A stretch of DNA of 64,000 bases from an uncultured Chromatiales bacterium (GTDB taxonomy: Bacteria > Pseudomonadota > Gammaproteobacteria > SZUA-140), in the NCBI GenBank assembly GCA_964581365.1, contig CAZOOF010000002.1, positions 9,826 to 73,825 on the forward strand, read 5' to 3'. Positions 29,831 to 39,732 of the stretch are shown in pieces. How positions within the stretch are numbered: the stretch's first letter is position 1; every line of letters begins with the position of its first letter. The position numbers and the translations under genes were made by a program. The notes beneath the pieces were generated by a model. The model worked only from the letters and a program-made list of their open reading frames with translations. It did not search any database and was not told the origin of the DNA.

Positions 29831-32800
29831 TCAGGAGGCGCGTAGCTGACGTTCGAATTCGTCCGGCGTCAGCGCCGGACTGCGCAGGAAGCCCTGATAA
29901 CGGTCGCAGCCGAGGGCTGCGAGGAAGGCAAGCTGACGCTCGTTCTCGACCCCTTCGGCGAGAATCCTGAGGTTCAGCGCCTGACCCATAGCGACGATGG
30001 CGCGCACCAGTTCGCAGTCACTGGGATCATCTGGAATTCCTTCGATGAAGCGCCGGTCGATTTTCAGCACATCCAGCGGGAAACGCTTGAGATGGGCAAG
30101 GGAAGAGTAACCGGTGCCGAAATCGTCGATCGCCAGCCGGATACCGAGATCACGCAAACGGCCCAGTATGATTTCGGCCTCCTCGGCATGGGTCATGATC
30201 GCGGTTTCGGTGAGCTCGAACTCCAGATGCCGGGGTGGGAAACCGGTATCCTTCAGGAGGCGATCCACCTGCTCATGAACATCCGAGTGCAGTAACTGGC
30301 GCGGAGACAGATTGACTGCCAGCGTCAGCGGCGGCAGGCCCTCATCCAGCCAGCGCCTTCCTTGCCGGCATACTTCACGCAAGGCCCAGCTGCCAATCTG
30401 CGCGATCATCCCCGTTTCTTCGGCGAGCGCGATCCATTCCGCGGTCGGCATCAGCCCGCGCTCGGGATCGTACCAGCGCAGCAGCGCTTCGGCGCCTATT
30501 ATCCGCCCGCTGGCAACCTCCACCTGAGGCTGATAGCAGACCTGCAATTGGCCCGCCCCGAGGGCGCGGTGCAACTGTGACTGCATCTCCACCCGCATTC
30601 GGGACGCTTCGGTCATTTCGTCGGAGTAGAACCGGACCTGCCCCTGTCCTTCGCCCTTGGCCCGATAAAGCGCGGCGTCAGCCTGTTGCAGCAGCAGCTC
30701 GGCGGTACGGCCATGCTCCGGGCACAGACTGACGCCGACACTGACATTGATCCGCACCTCCGAACCGTTGGACAGGTGCAGGGGTTCCGCAAGCTGGCGA
30801 ATGATCTTGGAGGCGATGCCGCTCACCTCACTGACCCCGCTGATGTCCTCCAGCAGGATGCAGAACTCGTCGCCGCTGAATCGCGCGACGGTATCGGCTG
30901 AACGCACGCAACGGCGCAGGCGCTCCGCCGACAGCCGCAGCAACTCATCGCCGGCCAGATGACCGAAGCTGTCGTTGATTTCCCCAAAGCCGTCCAGATC
31001 GAGCATGAGCACTGCCAGTCCGCCACCCCGCCTGATACGGACTTCTATCGAATGTTCCAGCCGGGTACGCATCAGCAGGCGATTGGGAAGGCCGGTGAGG
31101 GCATCGTGATGCGCCTGATGAGCAAGCTTGGCTTCAGATGCCTTGAGCCGCGAGATATCGGTGAACACCCCGACGTATCCGCTGATGCGTCCGCCCTGAT
31201 CGCGCAGGACGCTGATGCTGAGCAGGGAAGGAAAGATCTCTCCGCTCTTGCGCCGATCCCATACCTCGCTGCGCCAGTGACCGGTCTCGCGCAACCCACT
31301 CCACAGCTCGCGGTAGAAATCGAGGCCATGCCGACCGGAGCGGAACATCTCCGGGGTATTCCCCAGGATCTCCGCTTCCTCGTAACCCATCATGCGGCAG
31401 AGGGCTGGATTGACCATGGTGATCCGACGATCGGCATCAGTGACCAGAATACCGTCACCACTCCTTTCGAAGACCATCGCCGCCTGACGCAATCGTTCTT
31501 CGTTGCGCCTCCGCTCGGTGATATCCTGTGCCGTTCCGATGCCTTTCAACAGGGCACCGTGCTCATCGAAAGTCAGGTTCGCGCGCTCGCGTATCCATTT
31601 CTCCTCGCCGTTTACGACGATCCGGTGCTCCAGATCGTACTCCTCACCCCGGAGTGCCCGTTTCCAGGCCTCGTCCACCATGCGCTGGTCGTCGACGTGC
31701 ACGCAGCCGAGAAAGCGCTCATAGGTAAGCGTCTCACCAACCGGGATGCCGAAGATGCGATAGCATTCGGGTGACCAGATCAGAACGTTCCGGCGGATAT
31801 CCAGCGACCAGCTTCCGATGCGGGCGACTCTCTGCGCGCGATTGAGATCTGCCTCGCGCTCCCGTAGCGTTTCCTCATAGGCCCGGCGTTCGCTCACATC
31901 CTGGATGCTCGCAATCAGATACTCGGGGACGCCGGCCTCGTCGACCAGACACTGCACATGAATAGACGCGTAAACAGGGGTTCCGTCGCGATGCAGCAGC
32001 CGCAGCTCTGCCTGTGAGCCCGCGACATCACCCGCCAGGACACGGCGCAGGCGAAGCGGATCACCCCGGCGATCAGCAGGGTGCAGAAGGGTTCTCCAGT
32101 CGCATTGCAGCAGCTCCTTCTCCGAGCGGCCGAGCATCTGGCACAGACAGGCATTGACGTTGACCGGCCTTCCCGTACGCGTGGAGAACATCGCGATGCC
32201 GGTGAAAGGCATATCGTGAAACGCCTGCACCAGACGATTCTTTTCCGCCTGCGCTGCCATGAGCGCGTCCTGGGTGCGCCGGCGATAGCGGCGCTGCACG
32301 TAGAAGACCGCGCTGACCAGCGGAAACATCGCTGCCAGGGCCGCCAGCGTTACCCACATGACGAAGCGGCGCAGCGGCGCCATGATTGCGCCCTGGTCGA
32401 TCAGCGTCATCACCAGCCAGTCGGTCGTCCCCACCGGATGATATGCTGCAAGGATCGCAGCGCCATTGCCATTGCGACCTGAAACCAGCCCCGGTCTGCC
32501 GGGATGCGCCTCCGCAAGCAGTCCTGGCGCAGAAAAACGCCTCGATTCGCCCAGTATCCTGATTCCGCCTTCACCCTGACGATAGACGATCGCGGTGCGA
32601 TCGGAGCCCGCCGGGAAAGCCTGCTCCAGCAACTGGCGAAGGCGATGCGCGTCACTCCGCATCACCAGCGTGGCCACCGGTACGCCGGGACGCGCACTGT
32701 CACTCAACGGCACTATCCAGTCGAGGTACGGCACGTTCGCTTCGCTGTAATGCAGGAACGGTCCAACACCGGCACCGCCACGCACCAGATTCATCAGCTG

Positions 32801-33427
32801 GGGTGGAACGCCTACGTAAGCTCCGCGCAGCAGGACTGCATTCCCGTCCGGATTGAACAGCAGCATCGCCCGATAGCGGTCGCCTCGCAGCATCGAATCG
32901 AGACGATCGACCACCGGCTCGAATCTGGCGCGGGTACCGTCATAGAAGAAGTCCGCGATCTGGCGCGCGAAGCCAGAACTTCCCATCAGCATCTCAGCGT
33001 CAGCGCTCCGTTCGTCGAGCCAGTTCTCCATTTCGCTGGCTATGCGCGCGGCATCGGCCGCCAGCGTACGCTGCGCCTCCCACTCGAGCTGCTCGGAGTG
33101 CTTGCGTGCCATACCGATATCGGTCACCGGCACGATCATGGCAAGACCGATCAGAATTGCGGTGAGGTGCCTGGGAGAGGCCCAGATCGGACCATCGCTG
33201 GAGGAGTGGCGCGTCCAGCGATGAAGGAGGTAGAGCACGCCGGCAGTTACGGAAACGAAGATGAGGGCCTTCGCCACTCCGATGCGCGGCAGCGCGCTTT
33301 GGTTGCCTACGACGACGGTGGTAAGCCAATCGGCACTGGCTGCCCAGAGGGCGACGAAACAGGCATACAACACCACGACGGCTGCGGGGCCGTAGACGCG
33401 GACTTGTGTGCCTGAAGAGGAGTGCAT
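29831..33427 (-). CDS. Multidomain c-di-GMP sensor protein: N-terminal multi-TM region with a periplasmic sensing domain, three PAS/PAC domains, GGDEF (…FSGDEF…) and EAL (…EGVEN…, …KIDRRFI…) domains. About 1198 aa.
   Basis: Domain motifs read from the translation. AGGAGA RBS before the ATG at 33427. Divergent from the decaheme gene with 113 bp between starts. Confidence 0.85.
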   Translation of the reverse strand: MHSSSGTQVRVYGPAAVVVLYACFVALWAASADWLTTVVVGNQSALPRIGVAKALIFVSVTAGVLYLLHRWTRHSSSDGPIWASPRHLTAILIGLAMIVPVTDIGMARKHSEQLEWEAQRTLAADAARIASEMENWLDERSADAEMLMGSSGFARQIADFFYDGTRARFEPVVDRLDSMLRGDRYRAMLLFNPDGNAVLLRGAYVGVPPQLMNLVRGGAGVGPFLHYSEANVPYLDWIVPLSDSARPGVPVATLVMRSDAHRLRQLLEQAFPAGSDRTAIVYRQGEGGIRILGESRRFSAPGLLAEAHPGRPGLVSGRNGNGAAILAAYHPVGTTDWLVMTLIDQGAIMAPLRRFVMWVTLAALAAMFPLVSAVFYVQRRYRRRTQDALMAAQAEKNRLVQAFHDMPFTGIAMFSTRTGRPVNVNACLCQMLGRSEKELLQCDWRTLLHPADRRGDPLRLRRVLAGDVAGSQAELRLLHRDGTPVYASIHVQCLVDEAGVPEYLIASIQDVSERRAYEETLREREADLNRAQRVARIGSWSLDIRRNVLIWSPECYRIFGIPVGETLTYERFLGCVHVDDQRMVDEAWKRALRGEEYDLEHRIVVNGEEKWIRERANLTFDEHGALLKGIGTAQDITERRRNEERLRQAAMVFERSGDGILVTDADRRITMVNPALCRMMGYEEAEILGNTPEMFRSGRHGLDFYRELWSGLRETGHWRSEVWDRRKSGEIFPSLLSISVLRDQGGRISGYVGVFTDISRLKASEAKLAHQAHHDALTGLPNRLLMRTRLEHSIEVRIRRGGGLAVLMLDLDGFGEINDSFGHLAGDELLRLSAERLRRCVRSADTVARFSGDEFCILLEDISGVSEVSGIASKIIRQLAEPLHLSNGSEVRINVSVGVSLCPEHGRTAELLLQQADAALYRAKGEGQGQVRFYSDEMTEASRMRVEMQSQLHRALGAGQLQVCYQPQVEVASGRIIGAEALLRWYDPERGLMPTAEWIALAEETGMIAQIGSWALREVCRQGRRWLDEGLPPLTLAVNLSPRQLLHSDVHEQVDRLLKDTGFPPRHLEFELTETAIMTHAEEAEIILGRLRDLGIRLAIDDFGTGYSSLAHLKRFPLDVLKIDRRFIEGIPDDPSDCELVRAIVAMGQALNLRILAEGVENERQLAFLAALGCDRYQGFLRSPALTPDEFERQLRAS

Positions 33428-33540
33428 GGGTCTCCTATCGGCACTTACGAGCGAGGATATGAATGACGTGATGCGAGTAAACCAGCGTAACCCTTTGCTT
33501 GCATCGGTCGATATCTTGGGCAACCCACCGGATTCATGAC

Positions 33541-34404
33541 ATGCCTTCGCTTATTCTTATAGTTATTCTGCTGGCGCTGTCTTCTCTTGCTTCAGCCGGA
33601 GATCGCGCTCCGGAGTACGTCGGAGACCGCGAATGCAGCTATTGCCACAAGCTGGAAGCGCGTCAGCACGCGAACAGCGATCACGGCCGCCTGGTCAGCG
33701 GACGCGTCGGCGAAGCTCGCAGTTGTGAAGCTTGCCACGGCCCGGGCAGCCGCCATATCACCGTAGTGGGTGACCCCTTGTACCGCGGACCGCTGCATAT
33801 CCGCACCGGCGCGGACCTGAAACGCGATCCGGAAGCCACATGCCTGGCCTGCCACGAGAACGGCTCGCGACTGCACTGGCATGTCAGCGCCCATGCGGCA
33901 TCCGATCTCGGCTGCACGAGCTGCCACAGCATACATGATTCCGGCAAGACCACCGACTGCGGCGCCTGCCACCGTCGCGAGAGTACCCGATTGCAGCGCT
34001 CCGCACACATGCCGGTGCGGGAAGGATCCATGCAGTGTGCCGACTGCCACGACCCTCACGGCGGCGACGGACCAGCGGCGCTGCGTGCGGGATCGGTCAA
34101 CGAGATCTGTCATCGCTGTCATGCTGACAAGCGTGGCCCCATGCTGTTTGAACATCTTCCGGTACGGGAGGACTGCACGCTGTGCCATGACCCCCATGGA
34201 TCCAGCCATCGCAGCATGCTGGTCCGGAAACCGCCGACGCTGTGTCAGCAGTGCCATATGCTCGGCGGACATCCGAGCTGGCTTTACGATAGCGCCGAGC
34301 TCGCCAACGCCGATATCAGCCAGTACGGCGCGCGGAACTGTCTGAACTGTCATTCACGAATCCACGGCTCCAATCATCCCTCGGGATCACGGTTTCAGCG
34401 CTGA
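33541..34404 (+). CDS. mtoA: Decaheme c-type cytochrome of the MtrA/DmsE/MtoA/PioA family (periplasmic component of a porin-cytochrome conduit).
   Basis: Signal peptide MPSLILIVILLALSSLASA, then exactly ten CxxCH motifs in about 260 residues (CSYCH, CEACH, CLACH, CTSCH, CGACH, CADCH, CHRCH, CTLCH, CQQCH, CLNCH). The stop overlaps the start of the downstream barrel gene (TGATG). Confidence 0.85.
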   Translation: MPSLILIVILLALSSLASAGDRAPEYVGDRECSYCHKLEARQHANSDHGRLVSGRVGEARSCEACHGPGSRHITVVGDPLYRGPLHIRTGADLKRDPEATCLACHENGSRLHWHVSAHAASDLGCTSCHSIHDSGKTTDCGACHRRESTRLQRSAHMPVREGSMQCADCHDPHGGDGPAALRAGSVNEICHRCHADKRGPMLFEHLPVREDCTLCHDPHGSSHRSMLVRKPPTLCQQCHMLGGHPSWLYDSAELANADISQYGARNCLNCHSRIHGSNHPSGSRFQR

Positions 34405-36614
34405 TGCAGCCCGGGTTTCCACCACTCATCCTTCATCCCTTCCGGCGCCGGCGGCTTCGCCTGGCGATCGGCGCCATGCTTCTGTGCGCTGACGCGGCTG
34501 CGGCCGTACAGCTGAGCGGCCTGATCGAAATCGGCGGACTGTATCTCACCGACGAACGCTCCGGCGCGCAGGGCTCATACGGTCCGGCGATTCATCAGGG
34601 AATACATCCGCTCGGCAGCCTCGATCTGAGTGTCGATGGCGAGGGCAGTCGGACCCGCATCCAGGGATCCATGACCAGCCCGGACTTTGGAGACTTCGGC
34701 GTCACGCTGCTCGCGAAGGATGGCGATAGCGTCCGCCTCGACTACCAGCGAATGGCTCGCCGGGGAGACGACGGACTTTCATTATTGCAGAGCGGCGCAG
34801 ACATTCTGACCCTGCCCCCAGGCTTCGTGCCCGCGAACACGACTCAGGATTTCGATCTGAGTGTCCTGCAACCGGTGGAGCTCGGTACCAACCGGGAGCG
34901 CTATGGGATTGCGGCGCGTCTGTTTGCGGGAAACGACTGGAGAACGGATGTCTCGGTACGCGAGGAACGGCGCCGCGGGGTGCAGGAAATCGGTGCAATG
35001 GTTGGCGTCGATCCGCTCGAGGCGCGCTCCATCATTCTTCCCGCACCCGTGGATCAGCAGTTGCGTGAGCTGGATGCCGCCCTGTCCTGGGAGCGGGACG
35101 GCCGTCAGTTGCGCATTGCGTATCGCGGATCTCTGTTCACCAACCAGCACCAGGCGCATCGCTGGGAGGTACCCTTCCTGGCTGCAGGCGACGATCCGCT
35201 TCCCGATACCGGTCGGCTCGGCACATCGCCGGACAATCATCATCACAGCATTTCCATCGATGCGGGCACCCGTCTCGGCAAGACGTCCCGTCTTAGTGCG
35301 AGCGCCAGCCTGTCGCGCATGCAGCAGGATGAGGACCTCCTCCCATACTCGACCGGCGCATCGCTCACGGCGCTGCCGCGCAACTCGGCCGAGGCCCGTG
35401 TCGATGTGCTTCGCCTGGCGCTGAACGCAAGTGCCCGCCCCCTGGATCGGCTGACACTGAGCGCCCGCCACCGCTACTACCGCAGCGACGACCGTATACC
35501 GCGGACCCGCTTCGAGCCCGTGCTTGCCGATACCATAGCGGGTCGCGCCACCATCAGCCGGCCCTACGACCACTTTCAGGCCAAAACACTTGTGCGGGCA
35601 GTGTATCGGGCAGCGACCGGATCGCGGATCCTGACGGAATGGACCCATGACATCGTCGGCCGCGATCTCCCTGGCAATGGGGGACACACCCGTGAAAACG
35701 GTCTGAAACTTGGTCTGCAACAGACGATCACGAGCCGGGCTCGTGCCCGCCTGTCCTTGCTGCATGCCGATCGCAACCGGCACGGACACGACGCCGTAAT
35801 CATCGACCCCACTGCTGCGGCCTCCTGTCCTGAAATAGTACTGGTGGATCCGGATCCCGATGGCGGAGCGCCGCGGGAGATCGATCGTTGCATCGGACAG
35901 CATCCGGATATGAGGCGGTTCATGCTGGGCGACCGCATCCGCCAGCGGCTCCAGACCGCAATCGACTGGTGGCCAACGGACGATGTGGATTTCGAACTGG
36001 GCTGGAGCATCAGCCGGGATCGGTACCGCGATCAAGCGGTATTCGACGATACTGTCTTCGGTCTGAGGGACAGCCGGGAAAGGATGCTGTACACCAACCT
36101 CAATTGGTCAGCACATGAATCATGGTCGATCAGCATTGCTTATTCCCGCGAGTATCTCGATGCGGCGCAGACCGGGCGGGACATGGCGCATGACCAGCCG
36201 TCAGCGCCGATCGACTCCAGCACCAACTGGCGGGCCCGCTCACATGACCGCGCCGATACCATCAGCGCGGGCCTTCGTCTCGACCTCCCCGACGGACGCA
36301 CCCGCCTGGCGCTGGATCTGGCTCACATTCGCGAACGCAATCGAATCCGGCTCGAAAGCCGCCTGCCTGCAGCCCAGCTTCCCGATGATGGCGCCAGGCG
36401 GCAGTACGCAGAGCTTCATGGAGAGCACGAGCCCGATGACCGGATCCTGCTGAAGGCGGGAGTGCGCTGGGAAGCGGTCATGGCGACCGACCGCAGCGAC
36501 AGTGGCATCGAAGTCGGAGAGATGCCCGGATTGAACGGAGTGCTGGCCTTGCGCAGTGGTGACACCGACTACGATGTCCTGCTGATCTGGAGTTCGATCA
36601 CATACCTTTGGTAG
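34404..36614 (+). CDS. mtoB: MtrB/MtoB/PioB-family outer-membrane beta-barrel porin partner of the decaheme cytochrome.
   Basis: 736 aa. N-terminal signal peptide, amphipathic beta-strand periodicity throughout, and a C-terminal …SITYLW aromatic terminus. Translationally coupled to mtoA. Size matches MtrB/PioB. Confidence 0.75.
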   Translation: MQPGFPPLILHPFRRRRLRLAIGAMLLCADAAAAVQLSGLIEIGGLYLTDERSGAQGSYGPAIHQGIHPLGSLDLSVDGEGSRTRIQGSMTSPDFGDFGVTLLAKDGDSVRLDYQRMARRGDDGLSLLQSGADILTLPPGFVPANTTQDFDLSVLQPVELGTNRERYGIAARLFAGNDWRTDVSVREERRRGVQEIGAMVGVDPLEARSIILPAPVDQQLRELDAALSWERDGRQLRIAYRGSLFTNQHQAHRWEVPFLAAGDDPLPDTGRLGTSPDNHHHSISIDAGTRLGKTSRLSASASLSRMQQDEDLLPYSTGASLTALPRNSAEARVDVLRLALNASARPLDRLTLSARHRYYRSDDRIPRTRFEPVLADTIAGRATISRPYDHFQAKTLVRAVYRAATGSRILTEWTHDIVGRDLPGNGGHTRENGLKLGLQQTITSRARARLSLLHADRNRHGHDAVIIDPTAAASCPEIVLVDPDPDGGAPREIDRCIGQHPDMRRFMLGDRIRQRLQTAIDWWPTDDVDFELGWSISRDRYRDQAVFDDTVFGLRDSRERMLYTNLNWSAHESWSISIAYSREYLDAAQTGRDMAHDQPSAPIDSSTNWRARSHDRADTISAGLRLDLPDGRTRLALDLAHIRERNRIRLESRLPAAQLPDDGARRQYAELHGEHEPDDRILLKAGVRWEAVMATDRSDSGIEVGEMPGLNGVLALRSGDTDYDVLLIWSSITYLW

Positions 36615-38133
36615 CCCGTACCGCAGACCTCCGGTCGCCTGCGCTGGCCGAGGCCATGACTACCCGGTTGCGTCCATCGCTCTTGGCCATGTAGAGCGCC
36701 ATGTCGGCGGCCCGGATCAGTTCCTCACCGGCGCCGGCGTGACGCGGCAGCTCGGCCACGCCGATGCTGACGGTCAGATGCAAGGTATCACCCGCGCGAT
36801 CATCCAGAGGACGAGCCGAGATCGCCATCCGCAGCCGCTCAGCGATCGCCAGAGCGGTTTCGGCGCGGGTGTCGGGAAGCGCAATGATGATCTCCTCGCC
36901 ACCATACCGCGCCACCAGATCCTGCTGACGGGCTTTCTCGCGAACGACCGCACTGACCATGCGCAGTGCGTCGTCGCCGACCTGGTGCCCGAACGAATCA
37001 TTGATGTTCTTGAAGTGATCGACATCCATCATCAGCACCGATAGCGGCCGATCCGGCCCATGTGCGGCAATCAGACGATCGAATTCCGAATTGAAACTGG
37101 TGCGATTGAGCAGGCCGGTGAGTCCGTCATGATTTGCCAGGCGTTCCAGCTTGCTCTGGTCCTCCTGCAGTTTGTTCGCCATGTCATTGAACCCGATGAC
37201 GAGGTCATCGATCTCGTCGCCGCTCAGGCGGCGCCGGGGCAGTTCGAAGCGCGCGCCCAGGTCGCCGGCCGACAGACGCTCCATGGCACCGCGCAGCTTG
37301 TTGATGTTGCGGAACACCAGGCGATCGAATACGACGAAGATCAACACCAGGCTTGCCAGGCTTGCCAGGATCTTCAGCACCAGCTGTGACAACAGGGTGC
37401 CGTGGATGTCACGGTTGACCTCGGCGATGGAAAACTTCAGCTCGACCGCTCCAAGCACCTCGCCTTCACGCGCATCGAAGTGGCAACCGGTGGCCTCGGA
37501 GCAACCGCTCCTGCGCACCTGATAGGGCGCAACCATGCGCATGAGATCGCCATCTATGGTGAACTCCGTCTGCGCCGTTTCCAGCACTCTTCGTTCGAGT
37601 TCATCATGCGGTCGCGAACGGGGATCCACCTCGAGCGGCTGATTATAGCTGCGGACCAGGTCCCGGGAACGCGCGATCTCGAAGCTCAGCTCGTTCATCG
37701 CGACGATCATGTCGGCTCGCTCGTCGGGATCTCTCACCTCCACCAACTCGCGCTCCAGGCGAGCCAACTCAGCTTCACTATCATGTATATAGTTGAGTTC
37801 TCTCGGGAGATCGATTTCCCGGCGAACCCGCTCGAAGATCTCGTTGACCCGGGGTCCGCGGATGACACGTATGGACTCAACCTCCGAGAGTTCGCGCGAA
37901 AGATCCTCGAAGTAGGAAAACCGGGCGCTCATCTTGCCCTCACGCATCAGCGCATTGAGGGCGACGCGGACACCCTCGCCGGCGGCCCCCCCCCAGCGCT
38001 GCACCTCCTGCATCACCAGCTGACGTGCCTGCTGCACCTCCAGCCATACCGCCGTCACCACGAATGGCAGCCAGATCAGCCCGATCGTCAGGATCAGCTT
38101 GGTGCTCAGGCGGCTTGAGATCGGTCTTTTCAC
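36598..38133 (-). CDS. Membrane diguanylate cyclase: periplasmic sensor domain (about 230 aa, contains C-x5-C-H 'CSEATGCH'), TM, HAMP, then GGDEF (RYGGEEI).
   Basis: N-terminal TM (LILTIGLIWLPFVVTAV), periplasmic region, second TM (LVLKILASLASLVLIFVVF), HAMP, and GGDEF motifs (DGLTGLLNR…DVDHFKNIND…RYGGEEI). It lies 7 nt downstream of the tetraheme cytochrome gene. Confidence 0.85.
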   Translation of the reverse strand: MKRPISSRLSTKLILTIGLIWLPFVVTAVWLEVQQARQLVMQEVQRWGGAAGEGVRVALNALMREGKMSARFSYFEDLSRELSEVESIRVIRGPRVNEIFERVRREIDLPRELNYIHDSEAELARLERELVEVRDPDERADMIVAMNELSFEIARSRDLVRSYNQPLEVDPRSRPHDELERRVLETAQTEFTIDGDLMRMVAPYQVRRSGCSEATGCHFDAREGEVLGAVELKFSIAEVNRDIHGTLLSQLVLKILASLASLVLIFVVFDRLVFRNINKLRGAMERLSAGDLGARFELPRRRLSGDEIDDLVIGFNDMANKLQEDQSKLERLANHDGLTGLLNRTSFNSEFDRLIAAHGPDRPLSVLMMDVDHFKNINDSFGHQVGDDALRMVSAVVREKARQQDLVARYGGEEIIIALPDTRAETALAIAERLRMAISARPLDDRAGDTLHLTVSIGVAELPRHAGAGEELIRAADMALYMAKSDGRNRVVMASASAGDRRSAVRATKGM

Positions 38134-38140
38134 GCGAGCA

Positions 38141-38722
38141 TCACCGGTAGCTGCGATGGTAGCTGCGGGTCTTTGTTAGGCGCTCCTCGAAATCGAATTC
38201 GTATTTCCCGTCGAGCGCGGGCTGGAACGGGGTGTCTTCGTGCTCATGACAGGCGGTACATACCGACGGATCATCCGACCCATAGCGCTGCCCGGCGCTT
38301 ATCAGCTCATCGCGATCGAGACTGCCACGGCGGGTTTTGTGGATCTCCCGATATTTCTCCCCAGCGCCGTGGCACATCTCACAACCGATGCCGGCGCGAT
38401 TGGGCGTTTCGCGCGCGCTCACATAGCCACCAGGCAAGCGAAAGCCCGTCGTATGACAGCGCAGGCAATCCTCTTCGGTCGTGTAGTCGCGCGACGGATC
38501 GAGATCTGCTTTTTTCTTCGGAGCACGACGCTGCCCCGGCTTGAGCAGCTCGAAGGCGCGTGCATGCGAACTCCGGCGCCAGTCTTCGTATTGGGCCTTG
38601 TGACACATGGCACAGCTCTCATGACCGACATACTCTGGACCCGGACCCGAAGCGGCGTTCAGACCGGAATGAGCAGCCGCAGTCCCGGCAACCACCAAAG
38701 CCAGGACCACCCAGCGGGCCAT
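38141..38722 (-). CDS. Periplasmic tetraheme c-type cytochrome (193 aa).
   Basis: Signal peptide MARWVVLALVVAGTAAA, then four CxxCH motifs (CAMCH, CLRCH, CEMCH, CTACH). Its N-terminus (PEYVGHESCAMCHK) parallels that of the decaheme protein (PEYVGDRECSYCHK). Confidence 0.8.
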   Translation of the reverse strand: MARWVVLALVVAGTAAAHSGLNAASGPGPEYVGHESCAMCHKAQYEDWRRSSHARAFELLKPGQRRAPKKKADLDPSRDYTTEEDCLRCHTTGFRLPGGYVSARETPNRAGIGCEMCHGAGEKYREIHKTRRGSLDRDELISAGQRYGSDDPSVCTACHEHEDTPFQPALDGKYEFDFEERLTKTRSYHRSYR

Positions 38723-38892
38723 GGCCACCGAGGCCTTTACGCTTCCCGCGACGATATGCGTTATCTTCCCTTGAATGTGTATAGCCACAGGATGTTATCG
38801 TTATACCTGTGCTGGGACTTGAATAGGCCCAATGGGTGAGGAGCCGCCATGGAGTGCATGTGCCTGATCGGCGCGATGGACGAGGCAGGGCC

Positions 38893-39732
38893 ATGGACAC
38901 CACGGCGCGACTGAGACGTCTGACTCCGGCGGGCGTCGAGGTCGCGCTGCACGGGTGCTTCCTGAGTCACCGGCTGCATGAGCGCGGGGCATGCGGAAGA
39001 CCGTTCGTCTACACCAATTTCATCGCCAGTCTGGATGGACGCATTTCATGGAAGAACCCCGCGGGCTTTCGTGAGGTACCGCCGGCGTGCAGCAATGACC
39101 ATGACCAGCGCCTCTACCATGAGCTGGCGGCCCAAGCAGATATCCTGATTACCAGCTCACGCCACCTGCGCGCAGTCGCTGCCGGGCGCGGGGCTGGAAT
39201 GTTGACACTTGGAGAGCATGCGGCGGAGCTGGCGAACTGGCGCCGCGCCAGCGGTCTGACGGAGCGCCCTCGCGTGGCGGTCGTGAGCGCGAAGCTGGAT
39301 CTCCCGCCCAGGGAGCAGCTGCCGGATATCGCCGGCGAAATCACAGTACTTACCTGGGGCCACGCCGAACCGCGCCGGCTCGCCGAGGCTCGCGCTCGGG
39401 GCTACGAGGTTCAGGTGTGCGGCGGTGGTCCGCACATCGATGGTCTGCAGCTGCTGGCCGCATTGAACCAGTGTCAGGCGATCTATTCAGTGGCGGGTCC
39501 GCAACTGCACACGGCCCTGCTCCGGGCCGGACGGATGGATCGGATCTATCTGACCCTGGTGCCGCTGCTCCTCGGCGGAGACGACTATGACACCCTGACC
39601 GCGGGTACTCCGCTATCTCCCCCGCCTTGCTACGAGCTTAGCGAACTGTGGCAAGACGAATCGGAGCCGAAGGGTTGTGGTCAGCTGTTCGCGGTTTTCG
39701 ACTACCGCACCAGCGCCCGGGATCAGAAATAG
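38893..39732 (+). CDS. RibD C-terminal domain/dihydrofolate-reductase-like family protein.
   Basis: …FIASLDGRISW…LYHELAAQADILITSSRHL… matches the RibD_C/DHFR-like reductase fold pattern. Substrate unknown. Confidence 0.6.
   Translation: MDTTARLRRLTPAGVEVALHGCFLSHRLHERGACGRPFVYTNFIASLDGRISWKNPAGFREVPPACSNDHDQRLYHELAAQADILITSSRHLRAVAAGRGAGMLTLGEHAAELANWRRASGLTERPRVAVVSAKLDLPPREQLPDIAGEITVLTWGHAEPRRLAEARARGYEVQVCGGGPHIDGLQLLAALNQCQAIYSVAGPQLHTALLRAGRMDRIYLTLVPLLLGGDDYDTLTAGTPLSPPPCYELSELWQDESEPKGCGQLFAVFDYRTSARDQK

Noticed and set aside
29815-29835. Short inverted repeat (CTCCTG-t-CAGGAG) after the PepSY gene as a terminator
   Set aside because: The stem is only 5-6 bp with a 1-3 nt loop and no U-run. 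Too weak to call.
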